Below, piece after piece: positions 35,923 to 46,438 of a stretch of 64,000 bases of DNA. The stretch spans positions 745,292 through 809,291 of the forward strand of contig CP129470.1 in NCBI GenBank assembly GCA_030583685.1, in the 5' to 3' direction. A program made the translations under genes and the position numbers. This DNA comes from Candidatus Dojkabacteria bacterium. GTDB taxonomy: Bacteria > Patescibacteriota > Dojkabacteria > GCA-002793355. Below the pieces are notes generated by a model, which worked only from the letters and a program-made list of their open reading frames with translations, had not been told where the DNA came from and made no database searches. The number at the start of each line of letters is the position of its first letter. The first letter of the stretch is position 1.

Positions 35923-36975
35923 ATGGGAGTTCTGAAAAAGAAAAAGGACGAGCAAGGTGATACGCCAGTTGCAGAGATTACCACCCCTCAAAACAATGAA
36001 GAAAGACAAAAGATTATTGACGCTGCACTAACAATGATTGATAAACGGTTTGGTGAGGGTAGCCTGATGAGACTTGGGTCTCGAAAGAAATTGAATGTGG
36101 AAACTATTTCGACCGGTGCACTATCTTTGGATGCTGCACTTGGCGTTGGTGGTGTTCCTCGAGGACGGGTGATGGAAATTTATGGCCCAGAGGCATCAGG
36201 AAAAACAACATTAGCCTTAAGTATTGTTGCAGAGGCACAAAGAGCAGGTGGAAAAGCGGCATTTATAGATGCAGAACACGCACTCGACCCTTCATATGCC
36301 AAGAGAATCGGTGTTGATGTGAACGATTTATATGTCTCACAGCCAGATTTTGGTGAACAAGCACTTGATATTTTGGAAACCTTAATTCGTTCTGGCGCAT
36401 TTGATGTCATTGTTGTCGATTCTGTTGCTGCTCTTGTTCCAAAAGCAGAAGTAGATGGGGAGATGGGTGATGTTCACATGGGGTTGCAAGCACGATTGAT
36501 GTCTCAGGCGTTGCGAAAGATTACTCCATTAACTGCAAAGAGTAATACCGTTGTCATCTTTCTTAACCAGATTCGTCTAAACCTCGGAGTAAAATTTGGA
36601 AATCCAGAAACCACAACTGGAGGCAATGCACTCAAGTTTTACTGCAGTCTTCGTTTGGATATTCGCAGACGAGAAGAAATTACAAAGAACGGTGAGTTAT
36701 TGGGGCATACTCGCGAAGTAAAAGTAGTTAAAAACAAAGTCGCACCTCCATTCAGGAATGCTCATTTTGATATTCGGTTCGCCTCAGGAATCGACAAAGT
36801 GAGTAGTATTTTTGAAGCAGGAGTAAAATATGGAATTATCGAACAAGCAGGAGCATGGTATAGCCTTAATGGAGAAAAAATTGGCCAAGGGAAAGAATCA
36901 GTCATAGAGTTTCTTCGAGATAAACCTGAACTGCAGGAGAAAATTCGTAAGGACGTTTTGGACAAACTACAGTAA
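35923..36975 (+). CDS. recA: recombinase RecA
   Basis: [19 protein letters not shown] (Walker A), L1/L2 loop regions, 350 aa. Confidence 0.95.
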   Translation: MGVLKKKKDEQGDTPVAEITTPQNNEERQKIIDAALTMIDKRFGEGSLMRLGSRKKLNVETISTGALSLDAALGVGGVPRGRVMEIYGPEASGKTTLALSIVAEAQRAGGKAAFIDAEHALDPSYAKRIGVDVNDLYVSQPDFGEQALDILETLIRSGAFDVIVVDSVAALVPKAEVDGEMGDVHMGLQARLMSQALRKITPLTAKSNTVVIFLNQIRLNLGVKFGNPETTTGGNALKFYCSLRLDIRRREEITKNGELLGHTREVKVVKNKVAPPFRNAHFDIRFASGIDKVSSIFEAGVKYGIIEQAGAWYSLNGEKIGQGKESVIEFLRDKPELQEKIRKDVLDKLQ

Positions 36976-38688
36976 ATGAAAGAATATCAGTTGCGAAGCC
37001 TTCCTGTTAGTGCAGCGTTTGATGAACTTGTTGCTATACTTGGCAGTCCCGCTTTGGCGGCAGTATATTGGGCAAAAGGGCTGCAAAATAAAAAACAAAT
37101 TAGTGAGTTTACCAATTCATTTGACTTGCTTCCGGCGGATGAGCTTCATGATTTAGTGAGCTTCGGTAAACTATTCTTACGACATTACCAGTCGGCTCAG
37201 AAGAAAATTGTCGTGTACGGTGATTACGATGCAGATGGTGCTGTTGCTGCAACGATTTTATGGCGATTTCTCTATCGTATCTTAGGGATAACTGACGCCA
37301 CCGTGTATATTCCCGACAGAAGAGAAGAGGGTTATGGATTGAATAAGGAGGCCCTCTTGCAACTCGCACAAAAAGGAACGTCTTTAGTCATTACCGTTGA
37401 CTGTGGGGTTCGAGATTCTGATTTAATCGCCGAAGTTACGGAAAAAACTGGTATGGAGATTGTTGTTACTGATCACCATCAACCAAGTGATAATTTTCCA
37501 CACTGCGTATCAGTTCATCCTTTGTATCCAGCACATGAATCGAAAAATAGGTTTACTTCAGGAGGGGTCGTAGCATGGAAAGTAGTTCGCTATCTTGAAG
37601 ATCTATTGCATAAATCGCATGAATTTTCTGATTCGGTGGTTGATCTTGTTGGGCTTTCGTTAATTACTGATATTATGCCTTTAGTGGGGGAGAACCGAAG
37701 TATTCTCAAGCGTGCCTTGCAAAAGGCAAAAACCAATCCATCACTCGGGTTACGAGTCCTTATGGAGCAAGCTCAGATACGTCAGGATGAGGTTTCACCA
37801 TATCATTTCGGGTATATGATTGGCCCTCGGTTAAATGCGAGTGGGCGAATCGGAGATCACTATCTGAGTACAAAACTACTGTCAACGGATTCCCCTGACG
37901 CCGCAAAAGAATATGCACGCCAAGTTTCTGAAATTAATGAACAACGACAGCAGATGACCCAAGACTTGCTTGAGCGAGCAGATGCAGAGAAGCTTATTAT
38001 TGAAAATAAAGTTCAAATTGCAGCGGGTTTCGATTGGGAAGAAGGAATTGTTGGGCTTGTTGCAGGGAAACTGATGAATAAGCATGATTTGCCAACAATC
38101 GTTGTCTCGAAGAACCAAGAGAAGCAAAGTGCAAAAGGGTCTGCGAGAAGTTTTGGTGAGTTGAATATTACCGCCTTGTTTGAGCAAATTGCTTCGGTGT
38201 TTACCCGTTTTGGAGGTCATCATAGTGCTGCAGGATTTACGTTGAAAGATGGCTCTGAGCAACCGCTTATTTCAGCTCTTCGCTCAATATTGCACAGCAA
38301 TTACGAATCATATGTCCCTAAAGCAGTCCGTACAATCGATGCCTATATTTCACCAGATATCTTAACCGAAACATTTTTTGAAGGCTTGGGTGCTCTTGAA
38401 CCTTTCGGACCTGAGAATGCTGAACCACTTTTTGCGGTGGGAGGCAAGGTAGAGCAGTTTGGAACGATTGGAAAACAAAATAATCATATTAAGCTTGAAC
38501 TAGCAACAGAAAAAGGTGCAATAACAGTATTGCTGTTTGGAAGACTCGATTTGCTGAAAGAACTTGATCAAGGAAAGGAAGTTATTGTTGTGGGGAAGCC
38601 AAAACGAGAAGAGTTTCGCGGTGCTATGCAAATTACGCTCATAGGAGAAACAATTTTACCTGCTGAATGGGACCTCGTGAAAGCGTAA
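36976..38688 (+). CDS. recJ: single-stranded-DNA-specific exonuclease RecJ
   Basis: DHH motifs VVYGDYDADGAVAATIL, VTDHHQP, DHH-associated DHHA1 domain GGHHSAAG; 570 aa. Confidence 0.85.
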   Translation: MKEYQLRSLPVSAAFDELVAILGSPALAAVYWAKGLQNKKQISEFTNSFDLLPADELHDLVSFGKLFLRHYQSAQKKIVVYGDYDADGAVAATILWRFLYRILGITDATVYIPDRREEGYGLNKEALLQLAQKGTSLVITVDCGVRDSDLIAEVTEKTGMEIVVTDHHQPSDNFPHCVSVHPLYPAHESKNRFTSGGVVAWKVVRYLEDLLHKSHEFSDSVVDLVGLSLITDIMPLVGENRSILKRALQKAKTNPSLGLRVLMEQAQIRQDEVSPYHFGYMIGPRLNASGRIGDHYLSTKLLSTDSPDAAKEYARQVSEINEQRQQMTQDLLERADAEKLIIENKVQIAAGFDWEEGIVGLVAGKLMNKHDLPTIVVSKNQEKQSAKGSARSFGELNITALFEQIASVFTRFGGHHSAAGFTLKDGSEQPLISALRSILHSNYESYVPKAVRTIDAYISPDILTETFFEGLGALEPFGPENAEPLFAVGGKVEQFGTIGKQNNHIKLELATEKGAITVLLFGRLDLLKELDQGKEVIVVGKPKREEFRGAMQITLIGETILPAEWDLVKA

Positions 38689-38692
38689 GTAT

Positions 38693-39937
38693 TTAACGAG
38701 TCGTTGGTCTCGCGTCATAATCGATTGCGGGGACATAGAGTGCAATATCCCCTCGTGCACCATTTTCAAAGACGACCTCACCCGAAGCTACATAAATTGG
38801 CTGTAAGTAGGGTTGAATTCTGTTTGGTTCATAATACGCAAGTTCTAGATTGTAAAGATTGATTTCTTTAAGCGGTGCCGAGGTGCGAGGTTGTAGGGGG
38901 TCCCCTCCTTTTTCAATCGCATAGACGATAGTTCCTTCACCTTGAGAGATCTTGCTAATAGCATCTGCTGGACGAATAATTGGATACGTACCACAAGGGA
39001 CTTCTTCAACTTTCCAGTTGTTGTAGTGAAGTTGTTGGATTCCATCTGAAGGGTGACCTCCCTGACTACGAATGTAAATTTGTACATTTGCGGTCTCAGG
39101 GGTTCGAGAAACCCGACGTGATTCGAATTTGATGTAAGCAGGATTATCTTCTCCTTTTTTCTTCATCAAATCGATAAAGCCGACAAAATCAATGCCACGA
39201 GCTGCATCAAAGGTTGGCGATAACACCGCACGATCATAGACAAGTGAGTAGTTTACTTTTTGAAAATCAACGCGAATTAGTTGGGCAACATCAAGGGATT
39301 TTGCTAATACCGGTTGACCGTTTACCATAGTTACTGGATACGCAAAAGATTTTCCTTTTGCAAAGTCGTTGGTATACAAGCCAAGTGCGCGGAGATAATT
39401 ACCCGCGTATTCTGGGGCACGAAATACTGTTGCAGGTAACTGTAAATTTGGGACGGCGGGTAATACCGCATCTTCACGAATATACGAGAAATGGAGCGTG
39501 TCAGTATTTACTGTTAAAGTAGAACGTTTTGCTGGATCCTTCCATTGATAGATGGTTGAACCGGCAGCATGCTGCACATCGGTCCGAATATTGAAGTCAC
39601 GCGCTAAGGAATATGCCAAATCTCTCGTTTCAAATGTTTCCCCTTTGACATCGATCTTGTACACATAAGTAATTAAAGGGACACGGTCATTGGGGAGTGA
39701 GGGGCCAAGTGCAACAACCTGAATAGAGGCATTGCCAAATTCGGTACTTTCTTGAGCTTCGATCTCAACTTTTGGAAGTTCCCCACATCGGAAATCTGCT
39801 CGAAAAACTTGATCTGGTGTTCTGGTGATACTAATAACGTACAAATAGGCATAGTACCCGACAATGATGAGAACAACGAATACTCCTACAAACTTCGATG
39901 CAGCTTTCGTCCAAAATACTGTTTCAGTTAATGTCAT
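38693..39937 (-). CDS. hypothetical membrane-anchored extracellular protein
   Basis: 414 aa, single N-terminal TM helix then hydrophilic beta-rich domain. Confidence 0.4.
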   Translation of the reverse strand: MTLTETVFWTKAASKFVGVFVVLIIVGYYAYLYVISITRTPDQVFRADFRCGELPKVEIEAQESTEFGNASIQVVALGPSLPNDRVPLITYVYKIDVKGETFETRDLAYSLARDFNIRTDVQHAAGSTIYQWKDPAKRSTLTVNTDTLHFSYIREDAVLPAVPNLQLPATVFRAPEYAGNYLRALGLYTNDFAKGKSFAYPVTMVNGQPVLAKSLDVAQLIRVDFQKVNYSLVYDRAVLSPTFDAARGIDFVGFIDLMKKKGEDNPAYIKFESRRVSRTPETANVQIYIRSQGGHPSDGIQQLHYNNWKVEEVPCGTYPIIRPADAISKISQGEGTIVYAIEKGGDPLQPRTSAPLKEINLYNLELAYYEPNRIQPYLQPIYVASGEVVFENGARGDIALYVPAIDYDARPTTR

Positions 39938-39941
39938 ACTT

Positions 39942-39950
39942 TGCTATAAT
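39942..39950 (+). promoter_or_regulatory. extended -10 promoter element (TGcTATAAT) upstream of gltX
   Basis: TGnTATAAT 30 nt upstream of gltX ATG. Confidence 0.35.
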
Positions 39951-39980
39951 CAACCTATTGAATTGATTGTATCAGAAGTT

Positions 39981-41519
39981 ATGTCATCTGTCAGAGTAAG
40001 AATGGCTCCAAGTCCAACGGGTTGGATTCATATTGGAACTGCAAGAACATTTTTGTTCGATTATTATATGGCGAAACAACAGAAGGAGGGGAGTTTAGTG
40101 CTACGAATCGAGGATACTGATCAAAAGCGTACGGTTGCTGGCGGAGTTGAATCGCTGATTCAGTCACTCAAGTTATTGGGAATAGAACATGACGAAGGAC
40201 CCGGAGTCGGTGGCGCGTATGGCCCTTATACACAAACGGAACGGACTGATATCTATCAAAAATATGTGAATAAGCTTCTTGCTTCAGGACATGCATACCA
40301 TTGTTTTTGTTCTGAAGAAAGATTAGAGAATTTGCGGAAAGAGCAAGAAGCTCTGAAGCAGAAGTCTCGTTATGATGGGTTGTGTCGTAATTTGTCACCG
40401 GAAGAAGTATCACAGCGAATTGCAGCAGGAGAAAAACCTGTTGTTCGTATGAGAGTACCAGAAAATGAAACGGTTTCTTTTGAGGACTTGGTATTCGGGA
40501 GAGTTCAGTTTGAGACCTCAGAAATTGACGAACAAGTTATTGTCAAGGCGAGCGGAATTCCAACATATCATCTTGCCGTCGTGGTAGATGATATAGAAAT
40601 GAAAATTACGCATATCTTACGCGGAGTCGAATGGATTCCAAGTACTCCGAAACATGTGTTACTGTACCAGTATTTAGATCAGAAACCACCGATCTTTGTA
40701 CACGTTCCCCTTATCTTAAATCCTGATGGAAAAGGAAAACTCAGTAAACGAAAAGGAAATGTTGCAGTTTTGGATTTTTTTAGAGAAGGATACATTCGTG
40801 AAGGACTTGTCAACTTTCTCTCGTTGATTGGGTGGAATCCTGATCCTCGTGTTGCGCATAAAGATGAAATATACGATATTGCTTACTTTATTGAGCATTT
40901 TGATCCGAAACGAATTAAACGTTCCTCTGGTCGATTTCAGGTGGAGAAACTTGAGGCAATTAATGCGGCATGGATAGCAAAATTATCTAAAGAGGAGCTT
41001 CTTGAACGGGTATATCAGTGGATTGATTTGGTGGTTACTGACAATGTTGTTGATGCAATGCGAGGTGTCTCGGATGAACTGATAGAAAAACGTGAGAAGT
41101 ACCTAAAACTTCGTGCTTTTTTGCAGCAGGACGAAGAAAAAAGCAGGGAATTACTTGGGATAATTCAACAGCGGGTTAAAAAGTTACCAGATGTTTTCGA
41201 CTGGTTAGCGGTCCTCTTTACGGATGTCTCCTTTGATTTGGAGGCATTGGAATCTGTGGTCCCTGAAGTTGAGAAAAGAACCGAAATCATTTATAATTTG
41301 CGAGAAGCTCTTGAAAAACTAGACTCTTGGAGTCAGGAAAAGTGGGAACCGACAATTCGTGCCTTGGCCGATACGTATGCACTGAAACATGGCGACTTAT
41401 TTATGATTCTGCGTATAATCGTTACAGGAAAACGAATTTCTCCACCACTTCGTGAGTTTATGGAATTGGCCGGTCGCGACTTTGTCTCGCAGCGCTTTCA
41501 GAAGTGTCTACACAAATAG
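39981..41519 (+). CDS. gltX: glutamyl-tRNA synthetase (probably non-discriminating)
   Basis: RMAPSPTGWIHIGTARTFLFDYY (HIGH), KLSKRKG (KMSKS); start set at MSSVRVRMAPS to avoid overlap with convergent gene. Confidence 0.9.
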   Translation: MSSVRVRMAPSPTGWIHIGTARTFLFDYYMAKQQKEGSLVLRIEDTDQKRTVAGGVESLIQSLKLLGIEHDEGPGVGGAYGPYTQTERTDIYQKYVNKLLASGHAYHCFCSEERLENLRKEQEALKQKSRYDGLCRNLSPEEVSQRIAAGEKPVVRMRVPENETVSFEDLVFGRVQFETSEIDEQVIVKASGIPTYHLAVVVDDIEMKITHILRGVEWIPSTPKHVLLYQYLDQKPPIFVHVPLILNPDGKGKLSKRKGNVAVLDFFREGYIREGLVNFLSLIGWNPDPRVAHKDEIYDIAYFIEHFDPKRIKRSSGRFQVEKLEAINAAWIAKLSKEELLERVYQWIDLVVTDNVVDAMRGVSDELIEKREKYLKLRAFLQQDEEKSRELLGIIQQRVKKLPDVFDWLAVLFTDVSFDLEALESVVPEVEKRTEIIYNLREALEKLDSWSQEKWEPTIRALADTYALKHGDLFMILRIIVTGKRISPPLREFMELAGRDFVSQRFQKCLHK

Positions 41520-41531
41520 ACATGTAATAGC

Positions 41532-41602
41532 TGCCGGGTCGTCTAATGGTAGGACAGCGGTCTCTGGAACCGCCGGTTTTGGTTCGAATCCAAGCCCGGC
41601 AA
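41532..41602 (+). tRNA. tRNA-Gln (anticodon CUG)
   Basis: TGCCGGGTCGTCTAATGGTAGGAC AGCGGTCTCTGGAACCGC ...GGTTCGAATCCAAGCCCGGCA, U1-A72 pair and CTG anticodon. Confidence 0.75.
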
Positions 41603-41643
41603 AATGAGTGATCGAGCCAACAACTAATATAACTGGGGCCAGA

Positions 41644-42318
41644 ATGCAATTTTCTACGGTCTTGCTCGATTGGGATGGCTGTATGGCGAAAACACTGCAA
41701 GTATGGATGTCAACCTATCAGAAAGTATATTCACGTCGAGGTATTCGTGCAACTTCTGCCGAGATTATTGAGAAGTCGTGGGGTAATCTTTCACATGGGC
41801 CAAAGAATTTTGGTATAGAGGATAATGAGGAATGTTGGAGAGAAATTATTGTCGAAGTCAGAAAAGGTACTGCTCAAGTTCCTTTATATCCTGGTGTCGT
41901 CGAAACCATCACAACGTTAAAGGAAAGAAAGGTAAAACTCGCGATTGTTACCTCTTCAGAAAAAAGTGTGCTGTTACCTGCACTCAAATTTAATCAATTG
42001 GATGAGCTTATTGATGTTGTAGTTACCGAGGAGGATGTCAATCATCCAAAACCGCACCCAGAAATTGTAACGTATGCACTAGAAAAATTGTCAAGTGATG
42101 TAGCCGAAAGTATCATTATTGGTGATACAGGAAAGGATATTGAGGCAGGAAAAGCTGCTGGCATTGCAACAATTTTGCTGTGCCATCAAGAAAACAGTCA
42201 GTTTTATGATTTTGCGAAATATATTGCGTTGCGACCAGATTTTATTGCCACAGAGTTTTCAGATTTGGAACGTATTGTTTCTGGGGAGTATTCTTCAGAA
42301 ATGACAACAGCAGAGTAA
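41644..42318 (+). CDS. HAD-superfamily hydrolase (phosphatase)
   Basis: VLLDWDGCM (DxDG motif I), IVTSS (motif II), GDTGKDIEAGKAAG (motifs III/IV). Confidence 0.6.
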   Translation: MQFSTVLLDWDGCMAKTLQVWMSTYQKVYSRRGIRATSAEIIEKSWGNLSHGPKNFGIEDNEECWREIIVEVRKGTAQVPLYPGVVETITTLKERKVKLAIVTSSEKSVLLPALKFNQLDELIDVVVTEEDVNHPKPHPEIVTYALEKLSSDVAESIIIGDTGKDIEAGKAAGIATILLCHQENSQFYDFAKYIALRPDFIATEFSDLERIVSGEYSSEMTTAE

Positions 42319-42374
42319 TAGTTCCGAGAGGTTAGTAAACAAAGTTTTTCATAATTGGGTGAGTATACTTCGTT

Positions 42375-43517
42375 ATGAATGAATTAAGGGCAATACTCTA
42401 TCATCTTATTTCGACAAAAATAACAACAAGTCAGTCCCTTGCAAACTGGTTCCCAGATTTTCAAAGGAAGTTTCAGGCGCATTTTCAAGAGGCACTTCTT
42501 TCTGGGGAAATTCACCACTATGTTCGGGATCTCTACGAAAGAAAAGTGATACGCGGGGATTGTGCAACGCACCTGTTGCAAATGACCTTATGGCTGGATG
42601 AGGAGAAAAGAACAGTGAACGATCTTCACAGAAAGGGAGTGATTATGATTATCCCTGGTGATGATGAATATCCGGAAGCATTCGAAAATATTGTCGATAA
42701 ACCAGCAGTACTTTTCGTATACGGTAAGGTTGCTCTTCTTCAGATGAATTGTCGGAAGATCACACTGGTCGGGACAAGACATCCATCAGCGTGGGCAATG
42801 CTAAAAGCAAAGCAATTTGCATATGAAGCAGCAGCATGTCAGGTAACGACAGTATCAGGATACGCAAACGGTATAGATACAGGTATTTTCAATGAGACGC
42901 TCGCTCGACATGGAAATACTATAGCAATCCTCCCACAGTTACCGAGAGAACCTTTACTTCCGGATAGGGATACGAGTTTACTTATTTCCGAATTTCCACC
43001 ACAAAAAAGCGAACCTTCGAAGTGGCAGTTTATCGCAAGAAATCGTTTGCTTGCAGCACTATCTCCGGTGACTGTTATCGTCGAAGCCCCTCTGAGAAGT
43101 GGCACCTTAATAACTGCAGAATTGGCACAATCTTACGGTAAATCAGTGTATGTTGTTGTCCCTGAACCGTATGAGGATAGTGCATATGGGGGATTGTGTT
43201 ATGGAATAGTACAACTCCAAGGAGGATTTATACAGAGTATATACGACGTATTTTTCAATGAGAATTGGGAGGATTCTCTGGAAAAATATAAAGAATTCAT
43301 CGACAAGCTCTCACTTCACAGGTTGCATATCCAAAAAAAAGACCATCGTCATCTTGCTGTCGCTGATGTAAAACGTATTCTTCTGCAGTTTTGCCGAGGT
43401 GATTTATCGCGTTTTGAGCAAGTCGTGATAGAATTACAACGGTTTGGTATTATTAGAGAACGAAAAAATAACATCGTAATAAATTTTTCAGGATACAACT
43501 CATGGCCAAAAATTTAG
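42375..43517 (+). CDS. dprA: DNA processing protein DprA (Smf)
   Basis: Rossmann-like core LVGTRHPSAWA...VSGYANGIDTGIF...TIAILPQ characteristic of DprA; 380 aa with N-terminal extension. Confidence 0.8.
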   Translation: MNELRAILYHLISTKITTSQSLANWFPDFQRKFQAHFQEALLSGEIHHYVRDLYERKVIRGDCATHLLQMTLWLDEEKRTVNDLHRKGVIMIIPGDDEYPEAFENIVDKPAVLFVYGKVALLQMNCRKITLVGTRHPSAWAMLKAKQFAYEAAACQVTTVSGYANGIDTGIFNETLARHGNTIAILPQLPREPLLPDRDTSLLISEFPPQKSEPSKWQFIARNRLLAALSPVTVIVEAPLRSGTLITAELAQSYGKSVYVVVPEPYEDSAYGGLCYGIVQLQGGFIQSIYDVFFNENWEDSLEKYKEFIDKLSLHRLHIQKKDHRHLAVADVKRILLQFCRGDLSRFEQVVIELQRFGIIRERKNNIVINFSGYNSWPKI

Positions 43518-45721
43518 TAATTGTCGAATCTCCGGCAAAAGCAAAAACAATTCAAGGATATCTCGGCAAGGACTTTGCAGTAATTGCAACAGTAGGCCAT
43601 TTGATTGATTTACCGACGAGTAAGTTAGGCGTAGATATTGAGAATGGATACGAAATGCTGTATACCACGATTAAGGGGAAGGATAAGGTAATTAAGGATA
43701 TCAAAAAGGCCGTGAAAACAACAAGCGGAACGGTCTATTTAGCGCAAGATCCTGATCGTGAAGGGGAATCGATTGCATGGCAAGTTATACAGATTTGTGA
43801 GTTATCAAAAAAACCTGAATTAGTGAAGCGCGCAGTTTTTCATGAAATTACAAAAGCCGCAGTCAATGAAGCAATTTCCGCAACAAGGGATGTTGATGAT
43901 TCCTTAGTTGAAGCGCAGCAATCCCGTCGTGTTCTTGACCGGCTGGTAGGGTATCCGCTTTCACAATTACTCTGGAAAAAAATTCAATTTGGACTTTCCG
44001 CAGGACGAGTACAATCAGCTGCGTTGCGATTGTTAGTTGAGCGCGAAGAGGAAATTCGTGCCTTTGTGCCAACACCGTATATGACTTTTTCTGTGTTGTA
44101 CACACGAAGTAATGTTGTATTCAATCTTGTTGATGGGAGGGGAAGCATGGTCAAAGCTGATCCGGAAGCTGGAAAATTGCTTGACGAACAGCTTAGGGAG
44201 ACCAAAGAACACGAGGTGATTGATTATAAAAAGAAAACAGTCACCTCGTCACCACCACCACCCTTAGTGACGTCAACTATGCAACAGGCAGCAAATAAGA
44301 CATTTGGTTTTACCGCAAAAATGACGATGAAAATCGCGCAGGAACTATATCAAGGAATCGATGTGAAAGAAAAAGGTGGGAGAATCGGTCTTATTTCATA
44401 TATGAGAACAGATTCAGTCAACATGAGTGAGCAGGCAATTGCAAGCATGAGAGACTTAATTGTTTCGAAATATGGGAAAGAGTACTTAAGTGAAAGTGTT
44501 CGTCGGTATAAGACGAAATCACGAGTTGCACAAGAAGCGCACGAGGCAATCAGACCAACTCATGTCGAGTTGACTCCTGAAAGTGTAAAACAGTATCTGA
44601 CACCACAGCAATACAAATTATATGCACTTATCTGGAGAAGAGCGGTCGCAACACAAATGAAGCCGCAACTTCTAGAGGAGGAGCATTTAAAGACGCTCCC
44701 CGTTGCTGGTCAGGCAAGGGAAAATCTCGAGAAGAAAAAATGGGTATTTGAAGCAGTGTCTCAGCGAGAGTTATTTGCGGGGTATCGGTTATTAAAACAT
44801 GCGGGAGAAAAAGAAATCATCCCACTGCCGCAGGGAGCAGTTGGTTCAAAACTGACTGTCAGAAAAATTACTTCAGAAGAGCTCATGACAATACCTAAGG
44901 CGCGTTATAACGACGCTTCTCTTGTTAAGGAGATGGAAAAGTTAGGTATTGGTCGACCTTCTACCTATGCTTCCATAATCGCAACGTTGATGACGAGGAA
45001 TTATGTTGTTCGTGAGCTCAAGTTTCTTATTCCAACAGAAATCGGAATGTTGGTCTGCAACTTCCTAAAAAAACATTTTTTCAAGATTGTCGACTATGCA
45101 TTCACCGCGGAGATGGAAAAGGAACTGGACGATATTGCGAATGCAAAACTGACCAAGAAGAAGATGATTGATTCCTTCTATCCGCATTTCGCGAAAGAAA
45201 TTGAAGAAAAGAATAAAAGCATCCAAAAGGAAGAACTTACTTCGCTTGGAGAAACTGATAAAGAGTGTCGCAAATGTCAGACAAAAATGCATCTTAAAAT
45301 TGGTCCTTGGGGCAAATATTATCTCTGTCCTAATGATTCATGTAAGAACAAGGAGCCCTTTGTTGATATGGAAAAGTATCATGTGCCAGATGAAGTCGAG
45401 AAGGAAGGGTATATTTTGAAAAAAGGAAGATTTGGTATTTTCTGGGCTCACCCAGGGTATCCTGAAGTAAAAAAGACACTCCCTGTTATGTTGAAGGAAG
45501 TTTGTCCTGATTGTGGGGCACACTTAGTTGAAAGGCGAGGAAAAACAGGAAGACCTTTTATCGGTTGCTCTGGATATCCTCATTGTAAATATATTAAGAG
45601 TCGTTTTGTTAGAAAAGGAAAAGCCACCACAAAAAAGGCTGCGGTAACTAAAAAGACTTCAGTAAAACGTGGAGCGGCAAAAAAGACATCCTCTGCAAGA
45701 AAAACCAAGAGAGCTAAGTAA
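43502..45721 (+). CDS. topA: DNA topoisomerase I
   Basis: Toprim N-terminus MAKNLVIVESPAKAKTIQGYLG, catalytic domain, C-terminal C4 zinc ribbons (CRKCQ...CPNDSC; CPDCG...CSGYPHC) and Lys-rich tail. Confidence 0.9.
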   Translation: MAKNLVIVESPAKAKTIQGYLGKDFAVIATVGHLIDLPTSKLGVDIENGYEMLYTTIKGKDKVIKDIKKAVKTTSGTVYLAQDPDREGESIAWQVIQICELSKKPELVKRAVFHEITKAAVNEAISATRDVDDSLVEAQQSRRVLDRLVGYPLSQLLWKKIQFGLSAGRVQSAALRLLVEREEEIRAFVPTPYMTFSVLYTRSNVVFNLVDGRGSMVKADPEAGKLLDEQLRETKEHEVIDYKKKTVTSSPPPPLVTSTMQQAANKTFGFTAKMTMKIAQELYQGIDVKEKGGRIGLISYMRTDSVNMSEQAIASMRDLIVSKYGKEYLSESVRRYKTKSRVAQEAHEAIRPTHVELTPESVKQYLTPQQYKLYALIWRRAVATQMKPQLLEEEHLKTLPVAGQARENLEKKKWVFEAVSQRELFAGYRLLKHAGEKEIIPLPQGAVGSKLTVRKITSEELMTIPKARYNDASLVKEMEKLGIGRPSTYASIIATLMTRNYVVRELKFLIPTEIGMLVCNFLKKHFFKIVDYAFTAEMEKELDDIANAKLTKKKMIDSFYPHFAKEIEEKNKSIQKEELTSLGETDKECRKCQTKMHLKIGPWGKYYLCPNDSCKNKEPFVDMEKYHVPDEVEKEGYILKKGRFGIFWAHPGYPEVKKTLPVMLKEVCPDCGAHLVERRGKTGRPFIGCSGYPHCKYIKSRFVRKGKATTKKAAVTKKTSVKRGAAKKTSSARKTKRAK

Positions 45722-46352
45722 GAAGTTTGGGTATCAGTCACTCGGCTGGGCAGACTTACTTGCGCTTGTACTTAAATCGGGAACAAAATATCAAACTATT
45801 TTTACGCTTAGTAAACGGCTTGCCCCTTTGGTTCAAACTCATCTTACAAAACGTACTGATACGCAAGTGTTCTTACGAAAGTTGCGAGAGAAGCATCTGC
45901 TGGGTGAAGCACAGCAGCATTCCTTGTGTGCTGTTTACGAATTACTTCTACGCACGAAGAGAACATCAGATTCTCCAATTATCTTTAGTAAGCCTTCTCT
46001 GGTTGCTGCGATGTTTCAAGATGTTGCTCGAAGTAAGATTGAGAAACTGTATTGCTTGTATTTGTCGCCTCGATTGGAACTTCTTAAGAAACGGCTCTTG
46101 TCTCGTGGAACGGTCGACTCGGTATCTGTGCCTGTGCGCGACCTGTGTTATTACGCAATCAAGCACCGGTCGCGCAACATTATTCTTGTTCACAATCATC
46201 CCAGTGGTGATGCAATGCCAAGTCGCGAGGATGTATTACAAACAAAAAGAATTATTGCCGCAGGAGAACTTCTCTCTGTTACCGTTATTGATCACGTCAT
46301 TGTGACAACAGCAGGCTTTTATAGCTTTAAAGAATCGAAAAATATGCTATAA
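45669..46352 (+). CDS. radC: RadC-like JAB-domain protein
   Basis: HNHPSGDAMPSREDVLQTKRI (JAMM/MPN HxHPSG motif), N-terminal HhH-like LGWADLLALVL; GTG start overlapping topA 3' end, exact start uncertain. Confidence 0.7.
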   Translation: MERQKRHPLQEKPRELSKKFGYQSLGWADLLALVLKSGTKYQTIFTLSKRLAPLVQTHLTKRTDTQVFLRKLREKHLLGEAQQHSLCAVYELLLRTKRTSDSPIIFSKPSLVAAMFQDVARSKIEKLYCLYLSPRLELLKKRLLSRGTVDSVSVPVRDLCYYAIKHRSRNIILVHNHPSGDAMPSREDVLQTKRIIAAGELLSVTVIDHVIVTTAGFYSFKESKNML

Positions 46353-46438
46353 TAGTTCACCTCGCAAGAGGAATTTTATATAAGTCAGGCTTTCGTACTC
46401 CTGCCAAATGGTCGAAAGCTTAGGTAAAAGGAGCAGTT

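Noticed and set aside
45727-46305. 192-aa + ORF overlapping radC
   Set aside because: Alternate frame of radC, whose translation carries the JAB HNHPSG motif
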